From the IMG/VR virus record IMGVR_UViG_3300049255_000083, positions 13,952 through 77,951 of that record: a DNA stretch of 64,000 nucleotides. One strand, 5' to 3'. The position numbers and the translations under genes were made by a program. Shown piece after piece: positions 1-9,600 of this stretch (position 1 is its first letter; each line of letters opens with the position of its first letter). This DNA comes from a virus. The notes beneath the pieces are model-generated. The model made no database searches. It was not told where the DNA came from and saw nothing but the letters and a program-made list of their open reading frames with translations.

Positions 1-1691
1 GCGCCCGAGTCTCCCACCGCCTCTTGGAGGCCGATGGTGTCGATGAACGTGACCTGCCCGCTCGTTCCATCGAAGAGGATATCGGTGCCGGGGTTGAGCG
101 TGACGTAGTTGTTCGTGTTCGGCCCGGTCTCGAGGGCAAACGTCAGAGCGCTCGATTGAACGAGAGGATCGGGCAGCATGATCGCGCCCGAGGGCTTGAG
201 TAGCGGCACGAGGACGTTGTTCTTGCGGAACGCCCACTGGAAGAGCCGCTGGTCGTAGTTGATGACGTAGCCGTAGGTCGGCCCGTTGCCGGGAGGAAGC
301 GGGACCGATCCGTCGAGGATCGGCAGGACACCCGGCGTGAACGTGCCCGTGCCCTGGGACACGAAAATCTGGAGGGACCCGTCGTCCCGAGGGGTGGACG
401 GGAGGAACACCTGCGGCGAGCCCCCGATGGGGTTCGCATACGTCGCATTCGTGACGTTGTAGAGGGCCGAGACGTCCTTGGTCCCGCCTTGGGAGATGGG
501 CGTCCCGCTGAGGTTGATCGGCGTTCGGAACAGCCGAAGGGAGATCCCGCGTTCGATGGGAAGGTCGCCCGAGATGTACGTCACGGGGTCCGAGCCATAC
601 GTCTGCTGGTCGGGGACCGAGAACTGGACGAGGAGATTCCCTCCCGAGGGTTGGAGCTGGACGGTGCCAGGCTGCCCGAACCCGAAGCTCGTCACGTACT
701 CGAAGTTCGGAAACTCCGGCTCGTTCGTGACCGTCTCCAGGCGGAAGATGAAGTCCCCGCCTTCGATGGGGGCTGGCGAGATAGTGCCCGGCGAGGCAAC
801 GGTCCCGAGGGCCTGCCGCGGGAGCTGGACGCCGTAGGCCATGAGCACGCCGTCGTAGTAGACGGGCTTGCCCGTGGCCGCGTCGGCGGTGCTGAGCTGC
901 ACGAGCCCAGTGCCGATCTCCCAGTTGAACGTGCCCGTGGGCGGCGGCGCTCCGATACTCGGGACGGCGTTCGGGGTAAGCCATGCGCCGTAGCCGAGAC
1001 GCAGGAGCGGGAACTGGCTCGCATCCGGCAGCGGATTGAGGATGAGGCCCGCGTCCGTCGAGAGACCGATGCGACCCGAGGACTGCTGGAAGGTGAAGAA
1101 TGCCTGCTGCTGGAACCGGACCGCCTCCGTGTTGTAGGTCACGAGGTCGGAGGGGTTCCATGCGATGTCACCGGCCTTGTTGCCGGACATGTCATCGTTG
1201 AGGAGAATCCACACCTGGCCGGGCGACGGATTGCCGGAGAAGGACTCGACGAGCGTGGCCGGGAACGTGATGCCGGCGCCCGACGCTCCCACGGAGACGC
1301 GGAAGGGGGCCGGCGCCGAGGGAGCGTTCACCGCCTGGGGGACCACGCTCACATTGAGGCGGCTTCCTGGCGTGTTGATGGACGGGCCGATCTGCCCGAG
1401 GGTCGCGACGGGAGCGCCGGGAAGTGTCTTGAACCGCTGGTCGGGGCCGCTGTAGTCGAACCGCTGGACGACCTCGTTCTTGGTCCACCCGAACTTGGCG
1501 TCGGGCAGGAGCCCGTCGCTCATCACGAGGACCATGTACTCGACCCGCGGGTTCGGCTCCGATCCTTGCGGGAAGTAGATCGCGAACGTCGCCGGGTCAC
1601 TCTCGACGTCGTTCGGCGTCAGCGTGTAGGCCGAATTCGACTGCCCTACGCGCGGCGGTTCCAAAACATAGCCAAGAATGTTGAAAGCCAT
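1..1691 (-). CDS. Large virion structural protein, probably baseplate wedge/peripheral component (N-terminal part; runs off the left edge)
   Basis: Missing from the ORF track. ATG at 1691 overlaps the HNH stop (TGATG). The frame I translated by eye is open to the window edge (MAFNILGYVLEPPRVGQSNSAYTLTP...), beta-rich and G/P/T-rich, and lies downstream of the spike gene. Confidence 0.7.
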   Translation of the reverse strand, partial: MAFNILGYVLEPPRVGQSNSAYTLTPNDVESDPATFAIYFPQGSEPNPRVEYMVLVMSDGLLPDAKFGWTKNEVVQRFDYSGPDQRFKTLPGAPVATLGQIGPSINTPGSRLNVSVVPQAVNAPSAPAPFRVSVGASGAGITFPATLVESFSGNPSPGQVWILLNDDMSGNKAGDIAWNPSDLVTYNTEAVRFQQQAFFTFQQSSGRIGLSTDAGLILNPLPDASQFPLLRLGYGAWLTPNAVPSIGAPPPTGTFNWEIGTGLVQLSTADAATGKPVYYDGVLMAYGVQLPRQALGTVASPGTISPAPIEGGDFIFRLETVTNEPEFPNFEYVTSFGFGQPGTVQLQPSGGNLLVQFSVPDQQTYGSDPVTYISGDLPIERGISLRLFRTPINLSGTPISQGGTKDVSALYNVTNATYANPIGGSPQVFLPSTPRDDGSLQIFVSQGTGTFTPGVLPILDGSVPLPPGNGPTYGYVINYDQRLFQWAFRKNNVLVPLLKPSGAIMLPDPLVQSSALTFALETGPNTNNYVTLNPGTDILFDGTSGQVTFIDTIGLQEAVGDSG

Positions 1692-2398
1692 CAGGCGCCC
1701 TCCTTGTACGGCTGGATACCCAGTCGCTCACGGAGAGTCCTATCAACCCCAAATTGTCTTGCGAGATGCCGGTCAGAATGCCGGCCGAGCAACGGCAAGG
1801 CTTTCTCTCGAAAAATATCCGCGCGACGCCGCCTCTCGACTCCCCGAGCGCGCTGTTTCTTGCGCCACTCGGCGTCCTCGAGGCGGCCTGTCGGCCGGCG
1901 AGCTGTGGTGCGTTTACGATGGCAGCATGCGCATAGGAGGTCGCACTTCGCGGCTTCCATCTGCATTTTTTCCCACGTCCACAAATACGAGACCGCCGCC
2001 GTCTTGGCTCCCGTGTGGTCGAACTCCATCGCTGCTGGCGCAAACACCCGAGAGCCATCCATGCACGGCTTCGACTTGAGGGTGTTGAGCTTTCCCATCA
2101 GCCACTGACGATGTGGGTTTTGGGACCGGCCCTTCCTCGATTCCGTCCGCACACGATGGCAGTTCGCGCAAACGAGATCGCATTTAGCGACCTCCGCCAG
2201 AATGGTCGCGACGCTGAACCGGCCCATCTGGCTCACGGGCTTTTTCTTGATCCCGCGAACGTGATCGAAATCCATGCAGAAGGGCGGGTAAGTTTCGCCG
2301 CAATCGGCGCAAACGCGACCGACTTTCAGGCCGTTTATGAACGCACGGCCCGCATCTTCTGCACGACGATTGTAGTTTCGCTCGGTCTCCGTTTGCAT
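1691..2398 (-). CDS. Free-standing HNH homing endonuclease with two tandem HNH/Zn modules and a C-terminal HTH-like tail
   Basis: CADCG..MDFDHV...CDLVCANCHR and CMDG..MEFDHT...CDLLCACCHR; codon usage looks atypical for the flanks. Confidence 0.8.
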   Translation of the reverse strand: MQTETERNYNRRAEDAGRAFINGLKVGRVCADCGETYPPFCMDFDHVRGIKKKPVSQMGRFSVATILAEVAKCDLVCANCHRVRTESRKGRSQNPHRQWLMGKLNTLKSKPCMDGSRVFAPAAMEFDHTGAKTAAVSYLWTWEKMQMEAAKCDLLCACCHRKRTTARRPTGRLEDAEWRKKQRARGVERRRRADIFREKALPLLGRHSDRHLARQFGVDRTLRERLGIQPYKEGA

Positions 2399-2405
2399 CT
2401 GGATC

Positions 2406-2975
2406 TCATGTGATTTTGCCGGTGCCCACTCCGGCGGAGGCGACGATTGACGGTGGGCCGACGATGGGAGTGGGGAGGACGAATTCGGTGAAGGTAAGGT
2501 CGAGGGCCATCCCGATCGCCGTGGCCTGTTTGACTGCGCCAGGGCCGGTCATTCCAGCACTCGCAAAGCCCGAGATCATAGACGGAATCGCAGTCCCGGT
2601 GATCTTGATGACCCCCGCGCCCACGCCCACGCTCGGGTGCGTCGTGACGACGAGGCCCTCCGCGAGGCCGAGGGAGAGCCCGTTGGACAGGCCCACACAC
2701 TCGAGCGGGGCCATCGGGCCGAGCATCGCCTGGGCGGCGAAAGCCGTCGTCAGATTCCCGAGGATGAGCGGCGACGGCACGACGAGGGGCACGGCTCCGG
2801 CCCCTACCCCGAGCGTCCCGGTGTCCACGGTCGTGACCACAGCCCCCGAATTCGCCCACAGAACGACCCCCATGGCGACGCCCTGGGCGAGCTGCGGCAT
2901 CCCCGGCCCCACGATGGTCGCGGCCGTCAGGGCAGGGATGAGGGCGCCGACGAGGCCTGGGGGCGTCAGGGGCAT
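2406..2975 (-). CDS. Gly/Ala/Val-rich structural protein next to the spike (possible spike-tip or baseplate component)
   Basis: ATG at 2975 (MPLTPPGLVG), 2 nt after the spike stop; position only. Confidence 0.55.
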   Translation of the reverse strand: MPLTPPGLVGALIPALTAATIVGPGMPQLAQGVAMGVVLWANSGAVVTTVDTGTLGVGAGAVPLVVPSPLILGNLTTAFAAQAMLGPMAPLECVGLSNGLSLGLAEGLVVTTHPSVGVGAGVIKITGTAIPSMISGFASAGMTGPGAVKQATAIGMALDLTFTEFVLPTPIVGPPSIVASAGVGTGKIT

Positions 2976-2977
2976 GC

Positions 2978-5212
2978 TCAGAGGCTCCGGTTGACGGCAC
3001 ACCCCATGAGCGGGAGGCCCGTGATCCAATCGAGTGACGGGGCGCCAGGCGGCATCATGGGCGTTCCTCGAGCGATCCCGAGCACCGCCGCCGGACCGCC
3101 GAGAAGGCTCTGGGGCGCCACGAGGGACACCGCCACGCCCGATGTCACCGTCGCGGCCAAGCCCGCCGTGATGCTCACCGCCGCCCCCGCCGTGGCCGAG
3201 TAGGCACCACCCGCCGTCTGGGAGATGGCGCCTCCAGCCGTGGTCGAAGCAGCCCCGCCCGCCGCCAAGGAGTACGCCGCACCTACGTTGTCCGACATGG
3301 CGCCACCCGCCACGTTCGTGACCTGGGCGCCCGCGAGGACGTTGCGGATGTACCCGCCCGCGAGGATGGTCTGGATTTTCCCGCCCGCCGCGATGTTCTC
3401 GAGCACGACGAGGGCGTAGTTCATCTGGGTCTTGCCCGAAATCATGTGGTTGTACTCCGCCGCGTTGAGGGAGTAGCCGTAGATCCCGTTGATGAGGACG
3501 CGCGTGCCCTGCTGGGTGATCTGCCCGTCCACGATGGTGTGGTGCGAGCCGTTGACGGTCGTCACCGTGTCGCCCGTGATGGCCCTTCGGTGGTTGCCTC
3601 GGATGTTCTCAGAGAGCGCGTTGTTGTCGTTGTCGTTCCCGCCGAGGTAAGTCGCGTTGACCGAGCAGTGGTAGACGGGCGTGAACCCCTTGCCGCGTGC
3701 GTCGGGTCCGAATTCGACGTGGACCGAGCCCTCGCAGAAGAGGTGAACGCTCTCGCCGGAGAGAGCTTCTTTGCCGATGTACGCCTTGAGGCCGCCTCCG
3801 AGGCTCGCTTCGAGGCTGACGTTCTTGGTCCCGTCGTAGGTGTCCTCGACGGTCGAACCGGGGATGTTGACGAAGGTCTTGCCCTGCTTCGAGACGCAGA
3901 TCGCAAACGGGTCGTCCTCGGCGTTGCCCGAAGGCGGGTTGATGCGAAAGAGGTACGCGCCAGCTTGGTTGTTGACTTCGAGGTCGCTCGTGCCAACCGT
4001 GCGAGTCGCCTCCAGCATCTTGAAGCGGCCCGGCTGCGACGACTGCCAGTTGTCAAAGAGGGACGGCTTGAGGACCCGCCCATAGAGGTTCATCCCGTCG
4101 TCGGTGTTCGGGTCGTTGCCGACGACCGTCCCGAGAACGTGCTCGATGTAAAGGCGCGGATGGTAGGTATCGACGTTGAAGCCGTCGATCTCGTCGAGGA
4201 CGTCCTGCACCGCGTCGGTCGTGTGTTTCAGCTCGACCCGATGCTCGGTGAAGATGTCCGCCGGCGACTTCTGGCTCTCGAAGTTCGCGTTCGGGATGGT
4301 GGCGGCGAAGAAGACCTTGCGCCCGTTCGAGTACGTGACCGGCGGGAACTCCGCCGTGTTGTTGAAGAAGGCGTTCACGACGCCGCTCTTGTTGCAGTAC
4401 TTCGTCGGGTCGCCCGTGTTACCGGGTCCGAGCCCTTCAAGGACGCTCTGGCCGAAGTAGTGCTCTTGGATCTGCGGCGAGATGGAGTTGGGCTTGGCCG
4501 GGTTGTCCCCGCCCGGTGCCTCGACGAGAGGCTTGGTCGGGTCGTTGTTCTGGAAGATGTCGTAGGGCAGGTAGAAGGCCCCGCGACGCGCAGGGCCGTA
4601 CTGGACCTTCACGCCCGATGACGAGTGGAGCGTGTTGATCGACTGCGTGATGAGGGTCCGCTCGGAATCGCGCAGCTCGATGAGGTCGCCCGCGCGGTTG
4701 AGCATGACGATGCTGCGGTTAAGCACCAGCTCCGAGCCGTCCGCGGACATGCCACCGACGTCGCCGGGGCGGAGCTTGAGGCGCTTGACCCGGTAGGTCG
4801 GGCTGAAGAGCTGCTTGTAGAGGTCCGCCTCGTCCGAACTGACCGTGGCAGGGTCGTCGGGGGCGATCGGGTGGAAGTTGAGCCCACCGCGCGAGGCGAC
4901 GGGCAGGTAGCCGACGATCATCGGCTCGCGGACGATGCCCTTGCCGTGCTTCGGCCGGTATGCGAGGACGACGACGCTGTTGACCTCGGGGACGCCACCC
5001 CAGAACGAGCGAGGTCCCGACATGGCCTGCGTGAGGTCCAGCTCGAAAGCGTCTGCGCCACCCGTGATGACACGGATGTCGGCCTTCATGTGAAGCTCGT
5101 CGACGCGCGTGATGACGCCGATGCGCAGAGCGCCGGGCGGAGCGTCTTGGAACTCTTTGCCTCCCCATGTACCGGGGGCGTGTCTCGGGGTCTCGGGGAA
5201 CTTGTTCGCCAT
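2978..5212 (-). CDS. Baseplate central spike, T4 gp5/VgrG-like
   Basis: N-terminal OB-fold-like segment (LRIGVITRVD...GGVPEVNSVVVL); C-terminal 8-residue beta-helix repeats (IRGNHRRAITGDTVTTVNGSHHTIVDG; AGGAASTTAGGAISQTAGG); follows the hub gene. Confidence 0.8.
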   Translation of the reverse strand: MANKFPETPRHAPGTWGGKEFQDAPPGALRIGVITRVDELHMKADIRVITGGADAFELDLTQAMSGPRSFWGGVPEVNSVVVLAYRPKHGKGIVREPMIVGYLPVASRGGLNFHPIAPDDPATVSSDEADLYKQLFSPTYRVKRLKLRPGDVGGMSADGSELVLNRSIVMLNRAGDLIELRDSERTLITQSINTLHSSSGVKVQYGPARRGAFYLPYDIFQNNDPTKPLVEAPGGDNPAKPNSISPQIQEHYFGQSVLEGLGPGNTGDPTKYCNKSGVVNAFFNNTAEFPPVTYSNGRKVFFAATIPNANFESQKSPADIFTEHRVELKHTTDAVQDVLDEIDGFNVDTYHPRLYIEHVLGTVVGNDPNTDDGMNLYGRVLKPSLFDNWQSSQPGRFKMLEATRTVGTSDLEVNNQAGAYLFRINPPSGNAEDDPFAICVSKQGKTFVNIPGSTVEDTYDGTKNVSLEASLGGGLKAYIGKEALSGESVHLFCEGSVHVEFGPDARGKGFTPVYHCSVNATYLGGNDNDNNALSENIRGNHRRAITGDTVTTVNGSHHTIVDGQITQQGTRVLINGIYGYSLNAAEYNHMISGKTQMNYALVVLENIAAGGKIQTILAGGYIRNVLAGAQVTNVAGGAMSDNVGAAYSLAAGGAASTTAGGAISQTAGGAYSATAGAAVSITAGLAATVTSGVAVSLVAPQSLLGGPAAVLGIARGTPMMPPGAPSLDWITGLPLMGCAVNRSL

Positions 5213-5299
5213 GCTATTTATGCGCTCCCGCGAACTTTTTGTTTACCAATGATTTCAGTGAGTTCCACGCTGTTCACCAGAGAACGGCTAAGTTGACAC

Positions 5300-5328
5300 T
5301 TGACGCCAAGGTTGGCCCCTCGCATCAT
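5300..5328 (+). promoter_or_regulatory. Sigma70-like promoter, probably giving a leaderless RHH transcript
   Basis: TTGACG (5300-5305), N17, CATCAT (5323-5328); ATG at 5336 is 7 nt downstream. Confidence 0.5.
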
Positions 5329-5335
5329 GTACCTC

Positions 5336-5488
5336 ATGGTGGCTCCCAAGAAACGGCAGCGCGTCGAGGGGATCAAAATCCACTTCGATCCGCCGTTGCT
5401 CGCATGGCTGCGACTCGAAGCAAAGCGACTCGACGTATCGATCTCCGAGGTCCTGCGGCGGCTCGTCCGCAAGGAGATGGGCGCGTGA
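5336..5488 (+). CDS. Ribbon-helix-helix (CopG/Arc-like) DNA-binding protein, 50 aa
   Basis: GIKIHFDPPLLAWLRLEAKRLDVSISEVLRRLV fits the RHH pattern; its stop overlaps the tnpB GTG (GTGA). Confidence 0.75.
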   Translation: MVAPKKRQRVEGIKIHFDPPLLAWLRLEAKRLDVSISEVLRRLVRKEMGA

Positions 5489-6619
5489 TCCTCGGCCAGC
5501 GCATCCGGCTCGATCCGAACAACGTTCAAGCAACGTTCTGCGGCCGGTGGTAAGCCGAACTGGCGGGCGCTCAACGCCGAGCTGAATGTTCGCAAGGCCA
5601 CGGACCTCACCTGGATGAAGGAGATCCCCTGGGCGGTCTCGAACAATGCTCTCCAAGATCTCGACAACGCCTTCTCTCACTTTTTCCGGCGGGTGAAGCT
5701 CGGACAGAAGCCAGGCTATCCAAGGTTCAAGTCGAAGAAGCGAAGCACTCCGTCCTTCGCCATCGAAGCCAGAGCCCTCCGCTTCGATGGGCGCCGCATC
5801 AAGCTCCCCAAGCTCGGCTGGGTTCGCACCCGGCAGGAGCTTCGTTTTCCGGGCAAGATTCTCTCGGCACGATTCACGAAGCGCGCCGGTCACTGGTACG
5901 TCTCGATCATGGTCGAGATCGATGAGTCCCGCTGGTCGTATCCCCACCGTTGCGAAACTCAAGCAGCGGTGGGGATCGATCGTGGAGTCGTCGATCTCGC
6001 CGTGCTCTCCAGTGGAGAGAAGATCGAAGCGCCCCGCGTCCTGCGGCAGTACGAGGACAAGCTGCGACAGCTCAACAAGGAGCTGTCGCGGCGCACCAAA
6101 GGAGGTCAGAACTGGCAGAAGACCAAGGCGAAGCTCGGTCGCTTGCACGAGCGGATCGCCAACATCCGGCGCGACGTGACACACAAGCTCACTACGAGCA
6201 TCGTGCGTCGCTTCCGATGGATCGGCATCGAGGACCTCTGCGTCAAGGGCATGGCGCGCACCCGGCTCGCCAAGTCGATCATGGATGCCGCGATGGCCGA
6301 GGTTGGACGCCAGCTCAACTACAAGGCGCCGCTCGCCGGAAGCACCATCGTGCGGGCCGACCGCTTCTACCCGTCGTCGAAGACCTGCTCGGTTTGCGGC
6401 GTCGTCTACGCTGACCTCGTGCTCGGCGAGCGACGCTGGACGTGCGACACCTGCGGCGCCGATCACGACCGCGACGTGAATGCCGCGAAGAACCTGGAAG
6501 CTCTGGCCGCCGCCCTGGCGGTGACAGCCTGTCGTCAAGGGAGCGCTGGTCCCGATCTTCGGGTCGGAACGAAACTCCCTCTTGGGCAGGAATCGAGCAG
6601 CGCTGTTAACTCCGGTTAG
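5485..6619 (+). pseudogene. tnpB: TnpB RNA-guided nuclease with a frameshifting N-terminal deletion
   Basis: GTG 5485 frame reads VILGQRIRLDPNNVQATFC then stops at 5551-5553. A different frame from 5543 reads AGGKPNWRALNAELN...WMKE to RuvC D (GIDRG), E (IEDL), Zn finger (CSVC/CDTC) and D (DRDVNAA). Confidence 0.8.
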
Positions 6620-6640
6620 CATCGTTCAAGTCTCGAATGG
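6520..6640 (+). ncRNA. Putative omegaRNA/right end of tnpB element 1
   Basis: Overlaps the tnpB 3' end (GTGACAGCCTGTCGTCAAGGGAGCGC...GGGCAGGAA...GAATGG), the usual omegaRNA position; limits approximate. Confidence 0.5.
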
Positions 6641-6646
6641 GATCGC

Positions 6647-9600
6647 TTACCCTGCGTTGCCGCCCGCGTTCGGCGTCTGGGTGCCTTGCGCCTGCTTCGC
6701 GCGGAGTTGCTGAAGCTGCAAGCTCTCCGACGCGATCTTCTGCTGGAGCTTCGTGATCTGTTGCTGGAGGGATGCCACTTGCTGTGGCGTGAGGCTCGCT
6801 TGCGTCCGCGTGAGCTGCGCCTGGAGCTGGGCGAGGTCGTTCTGGTCGCTCGAGAGCTGGGTCGAAAGGGCCGCGATCTGCGTGTTGGCCTGGAGGTTCT
6901 GCCCGAAACTGTTCCATGCCTGGCTGATGTTCGCCGCTGACGTCTCGGCTTGCTGGGCGATGGCGTTTGGATCGCCCGTGGCGAAGCGGCTCGTCGGACT
7001 GAACGGCGGCGGGAAATTGCCGAGCGCGGAGTTCGGCCCGACTTGGAGCGTGCCGTTGGAGCCCGGTTGGGGCGCCTGGTACGAGCCACCTCGAAGCTCC
7101 GCCTCGTACTGCTGGTGAGGCGTGTCGAGCGCCATGTAGAGGTTGAAGAGGAAGTCGTCGATGATGGTCGTGACCTGATCGGGCGAGAGCGAAGCGAGGC
7201 TCGGAGATACGCTCGAGCCCGCCTTAGCCGAGGACGCCTGGAGCGCCTGGTACTGCGAGTTGAGCGAGTCGAACTGGGCTTGATCGGCGGCGAGCGCTTG
7301 TTGGGCCTGTTGGATGAGCGCCTGGTCCCCCGACTGCTGCGCCGCCTGGAGCTGGACCTGGTCGAGTTGGACCTTCTGCTGAGCGGCCGAAATCTGATTC
7401 AGCAAGTCGAGCGCTTGCTGCTGCGCTTGGGATGGTTGCGATGTCCCGCCCGCGATTTGAGGACTCCCCACGGCCGCGAAGGCGTTGGGGTTGTAGAGGG
7501 ACGTGGGGTCTTCCACCGTGCCGGCGATGGTCGGGAGCAGTTTGTAGCCCGTCGAGATGAACGCCAGGTCGCTTCGGCCCAGGAGGCACGAGCACTGGGG
7601 CTGACCCGAACTCGTGCCGTCTTGCGACCCAAGCTGGTCGACAACGGTCATCTCCGCGAGCGTGAGGCCCGCAGCCAGCTCGGACGCCTCGACGCTAGGA
7701 TAGACCCCCCTCTGTTGGGGGGAGCCGAGGACGGGCAGGTTCGCGAAGTTCGTCTGCGTGTTGCCGTAGCTTGCCTGCCCTAGCCCCGAGGTCCCATCGA
7801 CGCTGGGCGTCGTGAAACCCGACGTGCGCAGGTCGTCCGGTTGGAGCTGGGCGAGAGCGTTCACGGGGTTAGGGTAGCTGTACGTGAGCGACGTGAGGCC
7901 CTGGGACTGCGCCGTGAGGGACGCGAAGAGATCCCCACTCAGGGCGACCTGGATGCTCACGTTCGCCGCCTGATAGTTGTCCTGGCCTCCGACTTGGATG
8001 AGCTGCCCATCGCTCAGGCTCAGTCCACGCCCGTATCGGTAGTGTCCGATGACCTCGAAGCCGCGCTCGTCGGACACGGGGCGGATCATCGTTGTGGCGT
8101 TTTTGACCTTCGGCGTCGTGTCCGTCGTGTTCGATGTTGCAGTGTTGAGCTTGCCCGCGGGTACGAGCACGAGTTCCCCGATGACGCCCTGGGTTTGCGA
8201 TTGCGTAGCCGGACTGTTCGCTTTGCCGATGTCGTGCGCATAGACGAACGTGCCCGCGGACGTGAGGCCGAACCACGAACGGTTCGTGAGGTGCTTGTCC
8301 GTGATCTTCGAGTAGGCGTCCGCGGTCACCCGCGAGAGCTGCTGCTGGGCTGCCGTGGTTTGGTTCTCGATGACCTTCTGCCGCTGGGCTGCGTTCACAC
8401 GCTTCGACGTGTTGCCTACGCCAGCGACGTCCTCCCAGTCTCCGATGCTCCCGGCGTAGGGCTGCAAATACGCCATGACCACGTTCGGGTAGCCGAGGAT
8501 TCGACCGCTCTGGGGGTCACGGAGAATGAGCGGCTGGTACGGGTTGCTGTTCGGATTGGCGGCCGTGAGGTCCACGGGATAGGCGGGGACCTCAGCCGCA
8601 TCCCCAGCCTTGAGGAGGAAGGTTCCTCCGTCCGAGAGCTGGGCCCCCGTGTACTGAATGCCCGCACCGGCAAGGTTCGCCTTGCCAGGGTTCGTCCCCG
8701 TGCCGGGCTTGGCGGCGCTCGGGTTGTAGTTCGTGAGGACGAGTGTCCCGATGCCCTGTGGCGCCTTGAACTTCTCGCGACGAGCGGTGAGCGTGAGTGT
8801 CGTGGTCGCCCGCCCGCCGAACGAGATGTTGTGCGAGATGCCCTGGATGTACCAAATCTGATCCTTGGGCGCGATGTAGATGGGGAACCCCATGCGCAGC
8901 TCGGGACGGAACGGGATAGTCACCGTGCCCCGGTGGCGGCGGGAGTTCATTTTGTCGAGCAGGTCGAGCCCGTAATAGAACATGTGCAGGGCGTTGTTGC
9001 CCATGAACTCCGAGTTCACCTGCTGCGGACGCCACCCGTACTTGCGGAGCAGGTGATAGTCCGTGACGTTCGTGAACGGAGTCATCTCCGCCGGCCAACC
9101 CCAGTCGGTGTTGCCGGAGTAGTTGCCCTGGATCGTGAGCTGAGTGACGACCTCGGCCTCGGAGTCGGAGAAATCCCACTCGATGATGTCGATGTCCTGA
9201 ATCCACGACACCGGCTTGTTCGAGAGGATGTCGAGATTGTAGAAGGGCGGCTTGAACACGATGTCGCCCGTCGTGTCCATGTAGAACTCGTAGCCGATCG
9301 CCTCCTTGGCGGCGTTGGCAATCTCCAGCTTGGTCTGGAACTCGCTCTGCCAGAAGTTCACGCCGAGGCTTGCGTTGTTGGTGCGGACCGATGTGACGCT
9401 CGGGTCGGTCGGGTCGTAGAGGAGTTGGGCGCCTTCATCGCCACCGTTCGCCATGCGGACGGTCTTGGACGCGAGTGTGCGCGCGTCGGCTCCGGCATTC
9501 TTGCTGTTGAACTGCTTCTCCTGAAGGACGTCGCCCCGCACCGCGACTCCCGAGGAGCCGTAGAGCATGAGGTTTCGCGAGACCGCTTGGAACCTCTGCG

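Larger units (their letters stand above)
5288..6640 (+). mobile_element. Non-autonomous tnpB element (IS607/IS200-605-like) carrying an RHH gene, no transposase
   Basis: Plus-strand island between two minus-strand baseplate genes; bounded by GAGAACGG (5280-5287) and TCGAATGG (6633-6640). The ends are inferred. Confidence 0.65.

Noticed and set aside
5213-5225. CATAAATA upstream of the spike gene as a T4-type late promoter
   Set aside because: Single imperfect occurrence; it does not match the motif that recurs elsewhere in this window.
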